From: Candidatus Micrarchaeia archaeon
GTDB lineage: Archaea > Micrarchaeota > Micrarchaeia > CAILAH01
Reading direction: 5' to 3'
Length of the DNA stretch: 39,388 nucleotides
Assembly (NCBI GenBank): GCA_038740245.1
Contig: JAVYLZ010000002.1
Span: 1 to 39,388 of the forward strand
Of this stretch, positions 17,572-26,737 are shown piece by piece. The translations under genes and the position numbers were made by a program. Below the pieces are notes generated by a model, which searched no databases, was not told the DNA's origin, and saw only the letters and a program-made list of their open reading frames with translations. Position 1 is the stretch's first letter; each line of letters begins with the position of its first letter.

Positions 17572-17589
17572 TACTGGAACTGACCCCTC
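17572..17589 (-). repeat. Right arm of 18-bp inverted repeat
   Basis: TACTGGAACTGACCCCTC (minus strand GAGGGGTCAGTTCCAGTA), followed by a further CCCCCTC. Confidence 0.9.
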
Positions 17590-17628
17590 CCCCCTCTTAT
17601 TTTAAACTATACATTCCTGAATAAGCCA

Positions 17629-18621
17629 ATGATAGAGATAGACGGCTCATACTTAGAGGGTGGCGGGCAGATATTGCGCACTTCCCTTTCGCTAAGTGCG
17701 GCCCTTGAAATGCCATTCAGGATAACAAACATACGCCTGAACAGGCCAAAAAAGGGCCTTCTGAGCCAGCATCTAACGGCAGTAAGGGCGGTTGGTGAAC
17801 TATGCAATGCCGAAACAAAAGGGGCTGGGCTCGGCTCAACCGAGCTTGAGTTCATTCCGGGCAAGGCATCGTGCGGTGATTACAGCTTTGATATAGGGAC
17901 GGCCGGCTCTGCAACGCTTGTTATGCAGGCCGTTTTGCCCGTGCTTGCACTCACAAAAGGCAATTCAACTGTAAAAATAAAAGGCGGGACGCACGTAATG
18001 AAATCGCCGTCATATGAATACTTTGAGCACTGTTTTCTGAATAATGTATCAAAAATGGGTGTGGTAGCCAGGTCAGCACTGGCAAGGCCCGGATTTTATC
18101 CGCAAGGGGGTGGCGAAGTATCACTGTCTATTTCCCCTTCCACGCTGAAAAGCCACACGTTCATTGAAAGGGGCGGGCAGGTTTCAGAAAATGCGTATAT
18201 TATAAGTGCAAACCTGCCAGCGCACGTGGCACAGCGCGAGCAGGATTTCCTTTCCAGAAGCGGCAGGAAATTTGCATTCAGCAGCATGCAGTTCCAAGGG
18301 AATGCCAGCACCGGAAATGCAATAACGCTTGTATGCACGTTTAATGGATATTCGGTTGGCAGCGACGGCCTTGGTGCTGTTGGCAAGCCGGCAGAAAAAG
18401 TGGCGGCCGACTGCCTGCGCGCATACATAAGCGCAATCAATTCAGGTGCAGTTGATGACTATATGGCCGACCAGCTCTTGGTGTACTTTGCGCTTGCAGG
18501 CGGGGGCACCCTAAAATACAGCAATCTCACACCGCACACACGCACAAACATATACACGATAGAGCAATTCATAGGCAGAAAGTTCTCAGTAAACGATGAA
18601 GACCGCATAATTTCACTGTAG
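17629..18621 (+). CDS. rtcA: RNA 3'-terminal phosphate cyclase
   Basis: IDGSYLEGGGQILRT, GLLSQHL, DIGTAGS, GGTHV, GFYPQGGG, ADQL, HTRTN. Confidence 0.96.
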   Translation: MIEIDGSYLEGGGQILRTSLSLSAALEMPFRITNIRLNRPKKGLLSQHLTAVRAVGELCNAETKGAGLGSTELEFIPGKASCGDYSFDIGTAGSATLVMQAVLPVLALTKGNSTVKIKGGTHVMKSPSYEYFEHCFLNNVSKMGVVARSALARPGFYPQGGGEVSLSISPSTLKSHTFIERGGQVSENAYIISANLPAHVAQREQDFLSRSGRKFAFSSMQFQGNASTGNAITLVCTFNGYSVGSDGLGAVGKPAEKVAADCLRAYISAINSGAVDDYMADQLLVYFALAGGGTLKYSNLTPHTRTNIYTIEQFIGRKFSVNDEDRIISL

Positions 18622-18634
18622 AATGTGGTGGCAT

Positions 18635-19960
18635 TCATTTCCTGATTTTCCTGCTTGTGCAGTTGAACCCAAGCGCTCTGAGCGTGTCGCACTCTCGCGC
18701 GGCAAGAAGGCCATTCTTGCACACGATAACATACGGCTTTGACTTGTCTAGGGATTTGTAGTCAATAGGCCCGTCTTCCAAGCGGATGACTACCTCTTCA
18801 TTAGGGCTTTTGTTTTGCATTTTGCCGCCCGCTAATGTAACTATGGATACATCAGCCCCTTCAACCTCCCCCATTATTTTTTCGTATTCCCCATCAACTT
18901 CCCTTGCATGGGCACCCGTCGCCACACTCCCCTGTGATATGTTGCACAGCTCACCAATGAGTATTGAGCGTTCATACGTGCCGATCCTTCTTGCCTCACG
19001 CACAGTATCCTCCTTTGTATACGCTATAAGGGGCCTCAGCACAAGGCACTGCACGCCACTCTCTATGGCCGCCAGATTGCGTATGGTCTGCGTTGACACC
19101 TGCCCGACACTTTCACCGGTTACAATGGCATCGCATCGCAGCTGCCTGCACAGCCGCTCCGCGAGCGCATAAAACGCCCTCTTCAGGACAACCTGCCTTA
19201 ACTGCGGCTTAACACGCTCTTTTATTGCCTCTGCAATCCTGCCCCCGTCTACACAATAGAACCCCAAATCATTCCCGAACGCCCATTCATCCGCAAGTTT
19301 CCTGTAAACTTCATATGCTCGTTCAAGCGTTTCCTTCCCGCCCAGGTTTACAAACAGGAACGCCGGTGTGCACCCCCTTCTCATCATCGCCCACGCCGCG
19401 ACCGGCGAATCAATCCCTCCAGAGAACAGCACCACAACCTTGCCCTCAGAGCCGAGCGGCAGGCCGCCCGGGCCCGCTTCCTTTTTTGTGTAAGCATACG
19501 CGCGCCTGCCGCGCACCTCAACAAACACCTCAACATCATATTCCTTCAGGCTTACTTTTCCACCCTCCCTGCACAGGGCGGCCCCAACAACCTTCTGCAC
19601 ATCAACCGATGTAAAATTATGCGCCCCCTCCCTGCTGGCAGTCACCCTGAACTTTTTCCCGGCAACCTCTTTCCCGAACCTGCCGCATATTTTTTTTGCA
19701 AGGTCCTCAAGGCAGCTAAACTCAATAACCGCGGCACGTGCAAATGTGGCAACCCCAAATATTTTGCCGAGCCGCTCAGACAGGCATTTCATCTGCCTCT
19801 CATCTTTTGGCACAACAACAAACTTCCCGAACTCGGTTGTAATCCTCGCCCCACCTCCGCACGCACGCCTTATGTTATCCTCCAGCATGGCGCCCATGCG
19901 CCTGCGCACAGGCCCGCCCTTTATTGCAATCTCAGATGACGAGACAAGAAACACATCCAT
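18635..19960 (-). CDS. thiI: tRNA 4-thiouridine synthase (THUMP + PP-loop + short rhodanese-like tail)
   Basis: EIAIKG, GPGGLPLG, FSGGIDSPVA, TGESVGQVSTQT, RPLI, IGTYE, C-terminal VCKNG; start moved to MDVFLV. Confidence 0.95.
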   Translation of the reverse strand: MDVFLVSSSEIAIKGGPVRRRMGAMLEDNIRRACGGGARITTEFGKFVVVPKDERQMKCLSERLGKIFGVATFARAAVIEFSCLEDLAKKICGRFGKEVAGKKFRVTASREGAHNFTSVDVQKVVGAALCREGGKVSLKEYDVEVFVEVRGRRAYAYTKKEAGPGGLPLGSEGKVVVLFSGGIDSPVAAWAMMRRGCTPAFLFVNLGGKETLERAYEVYRKLADEWAFGNDLGFYCVDGGRIAEAIKERVKPQLRQVVLKRAFYALAERLCRQLRCDAIVTGESVGQVSTQTIRNLAAIESGVQCLVLRPLIAYTKEDTVREARRIGTYERSILIGELCNISQGSVATGAHAREVDGEYEKIMGEVEGADVSIVTLAGGKMQNKSPNEEVVIRLEDGPIDYKSLDKSKPYVIVCKNGLLAARECDTLRALGFNCTSRKIRK

Positions 19961-20013
19961 GCTAAAACTGCGCACAGCAAACATAATAATTGTTAGTTGC
20001 ACCAACTCTTCAG

Positions 20014-21936
20014 ATGTGCGGTATAGTAGTTGCAATGTCATCAGATCCGAAGCTGAACTGGTATTCAAAGCAGATATCGCACAGGGGCACATCTGGTTAC
20101 GGTTCATGCACTGTTGACGGAATTATTTTTTTACACCATTTACATCCCATAGTTGGTGGCAATGTTATACAACCATTTAAAGGCAGAGGCATACTTGTTG
20201 CTAATTGTGAAATCTACAACTGGGAACAGCTATGCAATGAGTATGGCATTACAGCAAGGAATGACGCCGAGCTCTTATTCAGGATTCTTGAAAGCGAGGA
20301 TGATTTATCCGGCTCGCTGAAAGGCATACTCAGCAAGCTGGACGGGGATTTTGCGTGCGTATACTACAGGGACGGTGTGATTTACGCATTCAGGGACCCG
20401 CTCGGCGTCAACCCCCTATTCTACTCGCTAAACCCGCTTTTGCTTACATCAGAGCGCATAAATGAAGGCCAGCGCGAGCTCCACCCGCGCACCATAATCA
20501 CTTATAACATCAAGTCAAAAAATCTCAGGGCTGAATACAACGATTTTTTTTCACGCGCCCCGCCGCAGAAACCCCTCCCATTGCTGCTTGAGGAAGCAGT
20601 AATCAAGCGCATCCCGCAGGTGCAGTCAGGCCTTCTGTTTTCAGGGGGTGTTGACTCAGCGTATATCGCACTGTGCATGCAGGAGATAAACCGCCAACCG
20701 CGCCTGTATACGGCATACGTTGGCGATGATTCGCCCGATGCAAGGCACGCGCGCCAGTTTGCGAAAGATCACGGGTTTGACCTGTGTGAAGTGCCGGTAG
20801 CCGCAGATGAGCTCCGGCACTCACTAAAGGAAGTATGTTCCGCAATACACTCATCCGATTCCGTAAAGGTTGGTGTTGCAATCCCATTCCATTTTGCGGC
20901 AAAGGCAGCCGCACGCGACGGCTGCAAAGTGCTTTTTTCAGGGCTGGGCGCAGATGACATATTTGCAGGGTATGCGCGCTTTAAGGGCGGTGCAAGCATA
21001 CGCGGCGAGCAGCTGAGCTCGCTGAGGTGCATATACGAGCGCGACCTTTACAGGGACAACACAATTTGCATGAGGCAGGGCATTGAGCTCCGCGTCCCTT
21101 ATTTGGACCACCGGCTTGTGCTCGCCTCGCTTAATGCACCTGAAGCCGATGTTTCAGACAAAAAGCCGGTCCGGATGCTTCTCAAGTCCCGCTACAAAAC
21201 TGCCGAGCGGCATTATGCACGGCCGAAGAAGGCCGCGCAATACGGCTCAAATTCAATGGCGGCCGTGCGTGCGCTTGCAAAAAAGTCAGGTGTCCCAGTA
21301 GGCCAGTATCTTTATTCGCTCTCGGGCATACGCAACCTGCGTGTTGGCGCTCTTTATACGGGCGGCAAGGACAGTGCATATGCACTTTACTTAATGCTCC
21401 AGCGCAATTATGAAGTAAAATGCCTTATATCCCTCAAGAGCTCAAACCCGCACTCGTATATGTTCCACACTCCGCGAATAGATGCAGTTGGCGGCCACGC
21501 CGAAAAAATGGGTATCCCGCTTGTAAAGGTTGAAACAATGGGCGAGAAAGAGCAGGAGCTCGTTGACTTGGGGCGTGCGCTCTCACTTGCAATATCAAAG
21601 TATAACATTGAGGGTGTAATCACAGGTGCGCTTTACTCAGAATACCAGCGCTCGCGCATTGAGCAGGTGTGCGACCGGCTCGGCCTGTGTGTATTTTCGC
21701 CTCTTTGGCACATAGACCAGGAAATGCACATGCGCCGCCTGCTCAAGGACGGCTTCAAGTTTGTAATAACTTCTGTGGCGGCCGAAGGCCTTGGCAAGGA
21801 ATGGCTTAACCGCACAATTTCAGAGAAGGACATAGACGCTCTCGTAAAGCTTAACCGTAAATACGGCATAAATATTGCCGGTGAGGGCGGCGAGTACGAA
21901 ACTTTAGTTACCGATTGCCCCCTATTCAAGAATTAA
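20014..21936 (+). CDS. Fusion of asparagine-synthase-like (Ntn + synthetase) and diphthine--ammonia ligase (Dph6) domains
   Basis: MCGI, NCEIYN, RDPLGVNPLFY, SGGVDS, SGLGADDIFAGY, ELRVPYLD, RPKKAAQYG; then TGGKDS, SYMFH, SEYQ, PLW, GEGGEYETLV.DCPLF. Confidence 0.92.
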   Translation: MCGIVVAMSSDPKLNWYSKQISHRGTSGYGSCTVDGIIFLHHLHPIVGGNVIQPFKGRGILVANCEIYNWEQLCNEYGITARNDAELLFRILESEDDLSGSLKGILSKLDGDFACVYYRDGVIYAFRDPLGVNPLFYSLNPLLLTSERINEGQRELHPRTIITYNIKSKNLRAEYNDFFSRAPPQKPLPLLLEEAVIKRIPQVQSGLLFSGGVDSAYIALCMQEINRQPRLYTAYVGDDSPDARHARQFAKDHGFDLCEVPVAADELRHSLKEVCSAIHSSDSVKVGVAIPFHFAAKAAARDGCKVLFSGLGADDIFAGYARFKGGASIRGEQLSSLRCIYERDLYRDNTICMRQGIELRVPYLDHRLVLASLNAPEADVSDKKPVRMLLKSRYKTAERHYARPKKAAQYGSNSMAAVRALAKKSGVPVGQYLYSLSGIRNLRVGALYTGGKDSAYALYLMLQRNYEVKCLISLKSSNPHSYMFHTPRIDAVGGHAEKMGIPLVKVETMGEKEQELVDLGRALSLAISKYNIEGVITGALYSEYQRSRIEQVCDRLGLCVFSPLWHIDQEMHMRRLLKDGFKFVITSVAAEGLGKEWLNRTISEKDIDALVKLNRKYGINIAGEGGEYETLVTDCPLFKN

Positions 21937-21937
21937 T

Positions 21938-23710
21938 TTATTCAACAACCGCCTTTATGCGGCGCACACCCGCACTCACCGCCTCTTCCTTAACAATCCT
22001 GAACTTCCCGATCTCTGCAGTGTTTTTCACGTGCGGGCCGGTGCAGACCTCCTTGCTTGCGCCGGGGATTGTATAAACAGACACGCGCTCGCCGTACTTG
22101 GCCGTGAAGAATGCAAGCGCACCCTCCTGTTTTGCCTCTTCTATTGTTTCTTCTTTTCTTTCAACAGGTATTCCCTGCCTGATCCACCCATTTACCAAAT
22201 CCTCAACCTGCCTGATCTGCTCCGGGGTCATTTTTTCGCCGTGCGTAAAGTCAAACCTTAGCCGCTCCGGTGTAATGTTTGAGCCCTTCTGCTGGACTGT
22301 TTCCCCAAGCACTTTCCTAAGCGCCGCCTGAAGCAGGTGCGTTGCAGTATGCAGCCGCACCGTCTTTTCGCTGTAGTCCGCCAGCCCCGAGGCAAACTTT
22401 TGCTTTGTGCCCTCGCGCGAGAGCTCCTGGTGCCTCGCGAGCTCCTCTTCAAACCCTTTCCTGTCAACAGATTTGCCACGTTCCCGTGCAAGTTCTTCAG
22501 TTATCTCTATCGGGAATCCATAACTCTGGTAAAGCAAAAACGCCTCTTTTCCCGGGATTATATCACCTACTCCCGATACGATTCTCTCAAACTCGCGCAT
22601 GCCGCGCTCAAGCGTTTCAGCAAACCGCCTTTCCTCGCGCTCAAGCTCCTGCATTACAAATTCCCTGTTCCTCTCCAGTTCAGGCCACATCTTCCCGTAA
22701 ATCCCTATGTAAATCTCAGCTATCTCCTTGCAAATGTTATTCCTGCCAATGCCGCACGTGCGCGCATGCCTTATGGCCCTTCTTATAAGCCGCCTGAGTA
22801 TATACCCGTGCTCAACATTGCTTGGCACAACCGCCCTGTCATCTGCAAGCACGAACACTGCTGCCCGCATATGGTCCGCAATTATGCGTGCACTCCTCTC
22901 ATTATATTTCGTTGAGTTCCTGCGTATCCATTCCATCACAGGCAAAAACAGCTCTGTCTCATAATCACTTTTTACACCCTGCATCACGGCAGCAGTCCTC
23001 TCAAGCCCCATCCCCGTATCAACATTTTTTTGTGAGAGCAGCTCAAACTTCCCATCTTTGGTCTTGTTGTACTGCATGAACACATCATTCCAAATCTCAA
23101 CCCACAGGCCGCAATGGCAGCCAGGCCCGCAGCCATCCTGGTCACACTCCCTCTCCTTTACCCCGGTATAGTAGAACATTTCAGTATCCGGCCCGCACGG
23201 CCCTGTGAGCCCTGCAGGGCCCCACCAGTTATCCTTCTTCCCCTTGAAGTAAATCCTCTCCCTTGGCACACCAAGCGAAAGCCACACCTGCGCGCTCTCC
23301 TCATCTTTCGGCGCATCCGCATCTCCTGCAAAGCAAGTGACTGCAATCCTCTCCTTTGGTATGCCCAGCCATTCTTTACCTGTTAGAAACTCCCAGCTCA
23401 TCTCAATTGCTTCCTTCTTGAAATAGTCGCCGAGTGACCAATTGCCAAGCATAAAGAAGAATGTGTGGTGGCTTGCATCGCCAACCTCATCAATATCATC
23501 TGTCCTGAGGCACTTTTGCACGTTTGCGAGCCGCTTTCCGGAAGGGTGCGGCTGCCCCAGAAGGAAGGGGACGAGCGGGTGCATGCCTGCAGTTGTAAAC
23601 AGCACAGTCGGGTCATTCTCAGGGATAACGGGCGCGGAATTGATTATCGCATGCCCCTTCAGCTCAAAGAACCTAAGATACTTCCTTTGTATCTCTTCAG
23701 CAGTGAACAT
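21938..23710 (-). CDS. alaS: Alanine--tRNA ligase, short form lacking C-Ala
   Basis: FTTAGM, GPCGPDTE, EIWNDVFMQY, DTGMGLER, editing motifs HTATH and CTGPH; ends at GVRRIKA. Confidence 0.97.
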   Translation of the reverse strand: MFTAEEIQRKYLRFFELKGHAIINSAPVIPENDPTVLFTTAGMHPLVPFLLGQPHPSGKRLANVQKCLRTDDIDEVGDASHHTFFFMLGNWSLGDYFKKEAIEMSWEFLTGKEWLGIPKERIAVTCFAGDADAPKDEESAQVWLSLGVPRERIYFKGKKDNWWGPAGLTGPCGPDTEMFYYTGVKERECDQDGCGPGCHCGLWVEIWNDVFMQYNKTKDGKFELLSQKNVDTGMGLERTAAVMQGVKSDYETELFLPVMEWIRRNSTKYNERSARIIADHMRAAVFVLADDRAVVPSNVEHGYILRRLIRRAIRHARTCGIGRNNICKEIAEIYIGIYGKMWPELERNREFVMQELEREERRFAETLERGMREFERIVSGVGDIIPGKEAFLLYQSYGFPIEITEELARERGKSVDRKGFEEELARHQELSREGTKQKFASGLADYSEKTVRLHTATHLLQAALRKVLGETVQQKGSNITPERLRFDFTHGEKMTPEQIRQVEDLVNGWIRQGIPVERKEETIEEAKQEGALAFFTAKYGERVSVYTIPGASKEVCTGPHVKNTAEIGKFRIVKEEAVSAGVRRIKAVVE

Positions 23711-23761
23711 ACGCCACTTTAAGGCGTTAAAGTTAAATAAGGTTCAGGAGTGAATACTCGC

Positions 23762-24718
23762 ATGCAGCCCGGCAACGCGCAAATTAAGATGCTCGCAGCA
23801 GCCGCACTGCTCCTGATTGCAGCCGCAGCGGTTTTCATATTCACACAGAACCAGGGGACCGAAGGCATGCAGCTGGAGCGTGTTGATGTTTCAATATCAA
23901 ACATTAGCGTCCAGGGTGATGCCCTCAGGCTCGGCGAGCCAACAACAATCACAGTATCAGCGCGCTCAACCAGTGAGGCGGCACAGTACCGGTTGGTTGT
24001 GCGTGAAAACGGCGAGCAGGTGCATTCAGGCGTGTATAACGGCACGCAGGACATCGCGCTGAAAATCCCGGTTATTGAGGACGGCCCGCTCAACATAACA
24101 GCGGCGCTGTTCATATACGACAAGAAGCAGTTCATTGACACTGACCCGTCAAACGAGGTTGCCTCTGCAAGCGTTACGGCCAGCCCGATAATTACAATGC
24201 GCGCGCCGCACAACACATCGGGCTCAAATTACACATCGGTCCACAGCGAGCGTCTCTACGCAGTGCCTCTTCATCTTGAAAGCGATGCCCGCATCTACTC
24301 AATAGGGATGCTTGTGCGGAAGACAGCGGTCCTCTCCGCAGACACGCTTATACGCTTCACGCTGCACAAGGATGAGGGCGGCGTGCCGGCACAGGAGCCG
24401 TTGCGTGAATTCTCAGAGCGGCTTGTCCGCGTCCGTGACGGCTGGAACCTCCTGCTGCTGCCATCAGACCGCAAGATTGTCCCTGCAGGCAGCTACTGGA
24501 TAGTTGCAAGCACAACAGAAGGCGGCTATGCAAGCATCCTCTGCTATGAAACTGAGGGCAACACAACACTTACCGGCCGCGCTTCAGAGTATAAGCACAG
24601 GTGGTCCCCGCACAACTGCATGCCATATATGATTGTAAGCTCACGCGGCCCGGCGGCGCAGGATGATAGCGGTGAATATGCACTGCCAAAGGAGTTCTTT
24701 GGGCCGCAAGCCGTCTAG
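23762..24718 (+). CDS. N-terminally anchored surface protein with beta-rich domains
   Basis: TM LAAAALLLIAAAAVFIF; D.DPSNE (CARDB-like) end motif; PAGSYWIV; several N-x-S/T sequons. Confidence 0.7.
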   Translation: MQPGNAQIKMLAAAALLLIAAAAVFIFTQNQGTEGMQLERVDVSISNISVQGDALRLGEPTTITVSARSTSEAAQYRLVVRENGEQVHSGVYNGTQDIALKIPVIEDGPLNITAALFIYDKKQFIDTDPSNEVASASVTASPIITMRAPHNTSGSNYTSVHSERLYAVPLHLESDARIYSIGMLVRKTAVLSADTLIRFTLHKDEGGVPAQEPLREFSERLVRVRDGWNLLLLPSDRKIVPAGSYWIVASTTEGGYASILCYETEGNTTLTGRASEYKHRWSPHNCMPYMIVSSRGPAAQDDSGEYALPKEFFGPQAV

Positions 24719-24720
24719 AA

Positions 24721-25668
24721 TCATAAGGTTCTCCTGATTATTTTCCTGACGCTTTTTTCATCAAGCCGTTCGTATTCGCGTATTGCCGACTCCTTGCGTA
24801 TTTCCTTTACTGCCGGGTTTTTTATCATGCGTTCAGTTAGCTGTGACATAAGCATGAACGATTCGTGCATTTCAGGCCCGTACATCTTCAATCCCCCGAC
24901 GTTTCTTTCTGCAAGCCGTTTCCTGACGGTTGCGGCACGTATACCTTTTGGGTCTATTGAATTGGAGCAGTTTGCAAACCCAATCAGCGTCCCGTAAATT
25001 GGGACATAGTTGTAAAAGAACCGTGCATACCTGAAAACGCCCGCGAGCGTTTTCGCCACCCTGCGGTGGATTTGGTCAAACGCATACGGCGTCTCAGCGT
25101 GCAGCGATAGCACGCCATTCACTGAAAGCCGCGCCGCGACCATCGCATAAAATTCCTTGGTATAAAGGAACGTTGATATGGAGTACGGGTCCGTAAGGTC
25201 CAGCACAATTGCATCAAACTTCTCATCGGATTCCCTGATGTAATCAACCCCGTCGCCGATTACGAGCTCCACCCTCCTGTCATCAAACGCCCCCTTATTT
25301 ATTTTCCGGAGATACTTCCTTGAAACCTCAACCACCTTTTCATCAAGCTCAACCATCACTGCCCTCTCAACCGTATTGTGCTTCAGCACTTCCTCAAGCG
25401 CCCCGCCGTCCCCACCCCCGATGACAAGCACTTTTTTGGGGCATGGGTGCGAGCACATTGCAGGATGGACAAGCGGCTCGTGGTAAGTAAACTCGTCATA
25501 CTCGCTGGTCTGGAACGCATTATCAAGCCTGAGCACACGCCCGTATTTCTTGTTTTCAAAAAGCAGTATATGCTGGTGCTTGCTGTCCCCTTCATAAATT
25601 ACCTTGCCGGCAATCACGAATGTGCCGAATGTTGGCTCAAGGCACTCAATAACCGCCCTCATTTTCAC
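24721..25668 (-). CDS. speE: Polyamine aminopropyltransferase (spermidine synthase)
   Basis: SKHQ.I, LD..FQ.SE.DEF.YHE.LVHP, VIGGGDGG, VELD, LDLTDP. Confidence 0.95.
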   Translation of the reverse strand: MKMRAVIECLEPTFGTFVIAGKVIYEGDSKHQHILLFENKKYGRVLRLDNAFQTSEYDEFTYHEPLVHPAMCSHPCPKKVLVIGGGDGGALEEVLKHNTVERAVMVELDEKVVEVSRKYLRKINKGAFDDRRVELVIGDGVDYIRESDEKFDAIVLDLTDPYSISTFLYTKEFYAMVAARLSVNGVLSLHAETPYAFDQIHRRVAKTLAGVFRYARFFYNYVPIYGTLIGFANCSNSIDPKGIRAATVRKRLAERNVGGLKMYGPEMHESFMLMSQLTERMIKNPAVKEIRKESAIREYERLDEKSVRKIIRRTL

Positions 25669-25721
25669 ACCGAAGGGATTTAATGAAAAACTATTTAAAG
25701 CAATATCCCGCAGAACAAGTT

Positions 25722-26030
25722 ATGCACTCTAATAAGGCAGCAGGTGAAGGCGCCGCGCAAAAATGCACATGCCGGCACAAATGCAACGGCTGCAGTAAAG
25801 GTCCGGAACAGGCCACACTCAAAAGCATTTCACGACTGTTTGACGAGCCGGATGAAGCATATGCGCGCCTTTTGCATTACATGCAGATATGCAGGCTCGG
25901 CGCACTTGAAATTGCAAAAATGGAAATGCATTTTCAGGCCGTAAGGGGACGCAGGTCCGCACAGGGAATAAGGCCAATAATGCCCGTTTCAGTTATAGAT
26001 GACTTTTTTGCACCGGCCACAACGGGCTAG
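25722..26030 (+). CDS. Hypothetical protein with Cys cluster
   Basis: Fills the intergenic gap; TATTTAAA upstream; CTCRHKCNGC; no recognised family. Confidence 0.45.
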   Translation: MHSNKAAGEGAAQKCTCRHKCNGCSKGPEQATLKSISRLFDEPDEAYARLLHYMQICRLGALEIAKMEMHFQAVRGRRSAQGIRPIMPVSVIDDFFAPATTG

Positions 26031-26044
26031 CCCTCTGCACCAGA

Positions 26045-26737
26045 TCAGTATCTCTCAAGGTGTATGAGCTCCCTTTTAATTCCCCTTTCCAGCAGTATTT
26101 TCTCAACCTCATCGGTCATTGCAGGGAGCCCGCATATGAAATAATCTGTATCAGGTGCGGCAATTTCACTTACAACCCCTTGCACGTATCCTTTCCTGCC
26201 AGCCCAGTTTTCCTCCCTGCTGAGCACCGGCACAAACCTGAAGTTTGGGCACTCCCGTTCATGCTGCTCAAGCTCTTCCCTGTAAACGAGCATGTCCTTG
26301 TACCTTGTCCCATACACCATTGTAATGCTTTCAAACCGTTTGCAGCCGCCGGATTTGTGCAATTCTCTCGCCATCCCAAGCAAAGGGCTTATCCCAGTGC
26401 CCGTTGCAACAAAGACCACATTTTTACCCTTGCACAGGTCAAGCGTGAAGTGGCCGAAAGGCCCTATAAGCTTAAGCGCATCCCCCACTTTTAGCGTGTT
26501 GAGGTATTGCGTGAACTCGCCGACCACACGTATTATTATTTCAAGATTTTCATCGTTGGGGACAGATGCCAGCGAGTATGCCCTTGAAACTTCTCTTCCG
26601 CTTATTATTGCTTTCAGCAGCACGTATTGTCCAGCCTTGTATGGCATCCGCTCCCCGTTAAACGAGAAAAATATTGATTTTATGCCATCTGCCCATTCCC
26701 TAACTTCTGAAACAGTGACTGCATATTCCTTGGCCAT
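26045..26737 (-). CDS. Ferredoxin-NAD(P)+ reductase family FAD/NAD(P) oxidoreductase
   Basis: GQY, RAYSLAS, GPFG, ATGTGISP, YG.R, SRE, ICG..M, terminal ERY. Confidence 0.92.
   Translation of the reverse strand: MAKEYAVTVSEVREWADGIKSIFFSFNGERMPYKAGQYVLLKAIISGREVSRAYSLASVPNDENLEIIIRVVGEFTQYLNTLKVGDALKLIGPFGHFTLDLCKGKNVVFVATGTGISPLLGMARELHKSGGCKRFESITMVYGTRYKDMLVYREELEQHERECPNFRFVPVLSREENWAGRKGYVQGVVSEIAAPDTDYFICGLPAMTDEVEKILLERGIKRELIHLERY

Noticed and set aside
17249-17596. IS/MITE call for the inverted-repeat cassette
   Set aside because: Flanks (CTAGATA versus CCCCCTC) show no target duplication and there is no transposase; kept only as an alternative
17207-17628. CRISPR locus around the Cas2-like gene
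   Set aside because: No repeat-spacer array or other cas genes seen in the window
19961-20107. Apparent head-to-head overlap of thiI and the Dph6 fusion (similar extensions for the ATPase, nac and gatD)
   Set aside because: Artefact of longest-ORF starts; motif-based starts remove the overlaps
21938-23710. AlaRS truncation as a pseudogene
   Set aside because: Catalytic and editing motifs are intact, and short forms lacking C-Ala are known in reduced genomes
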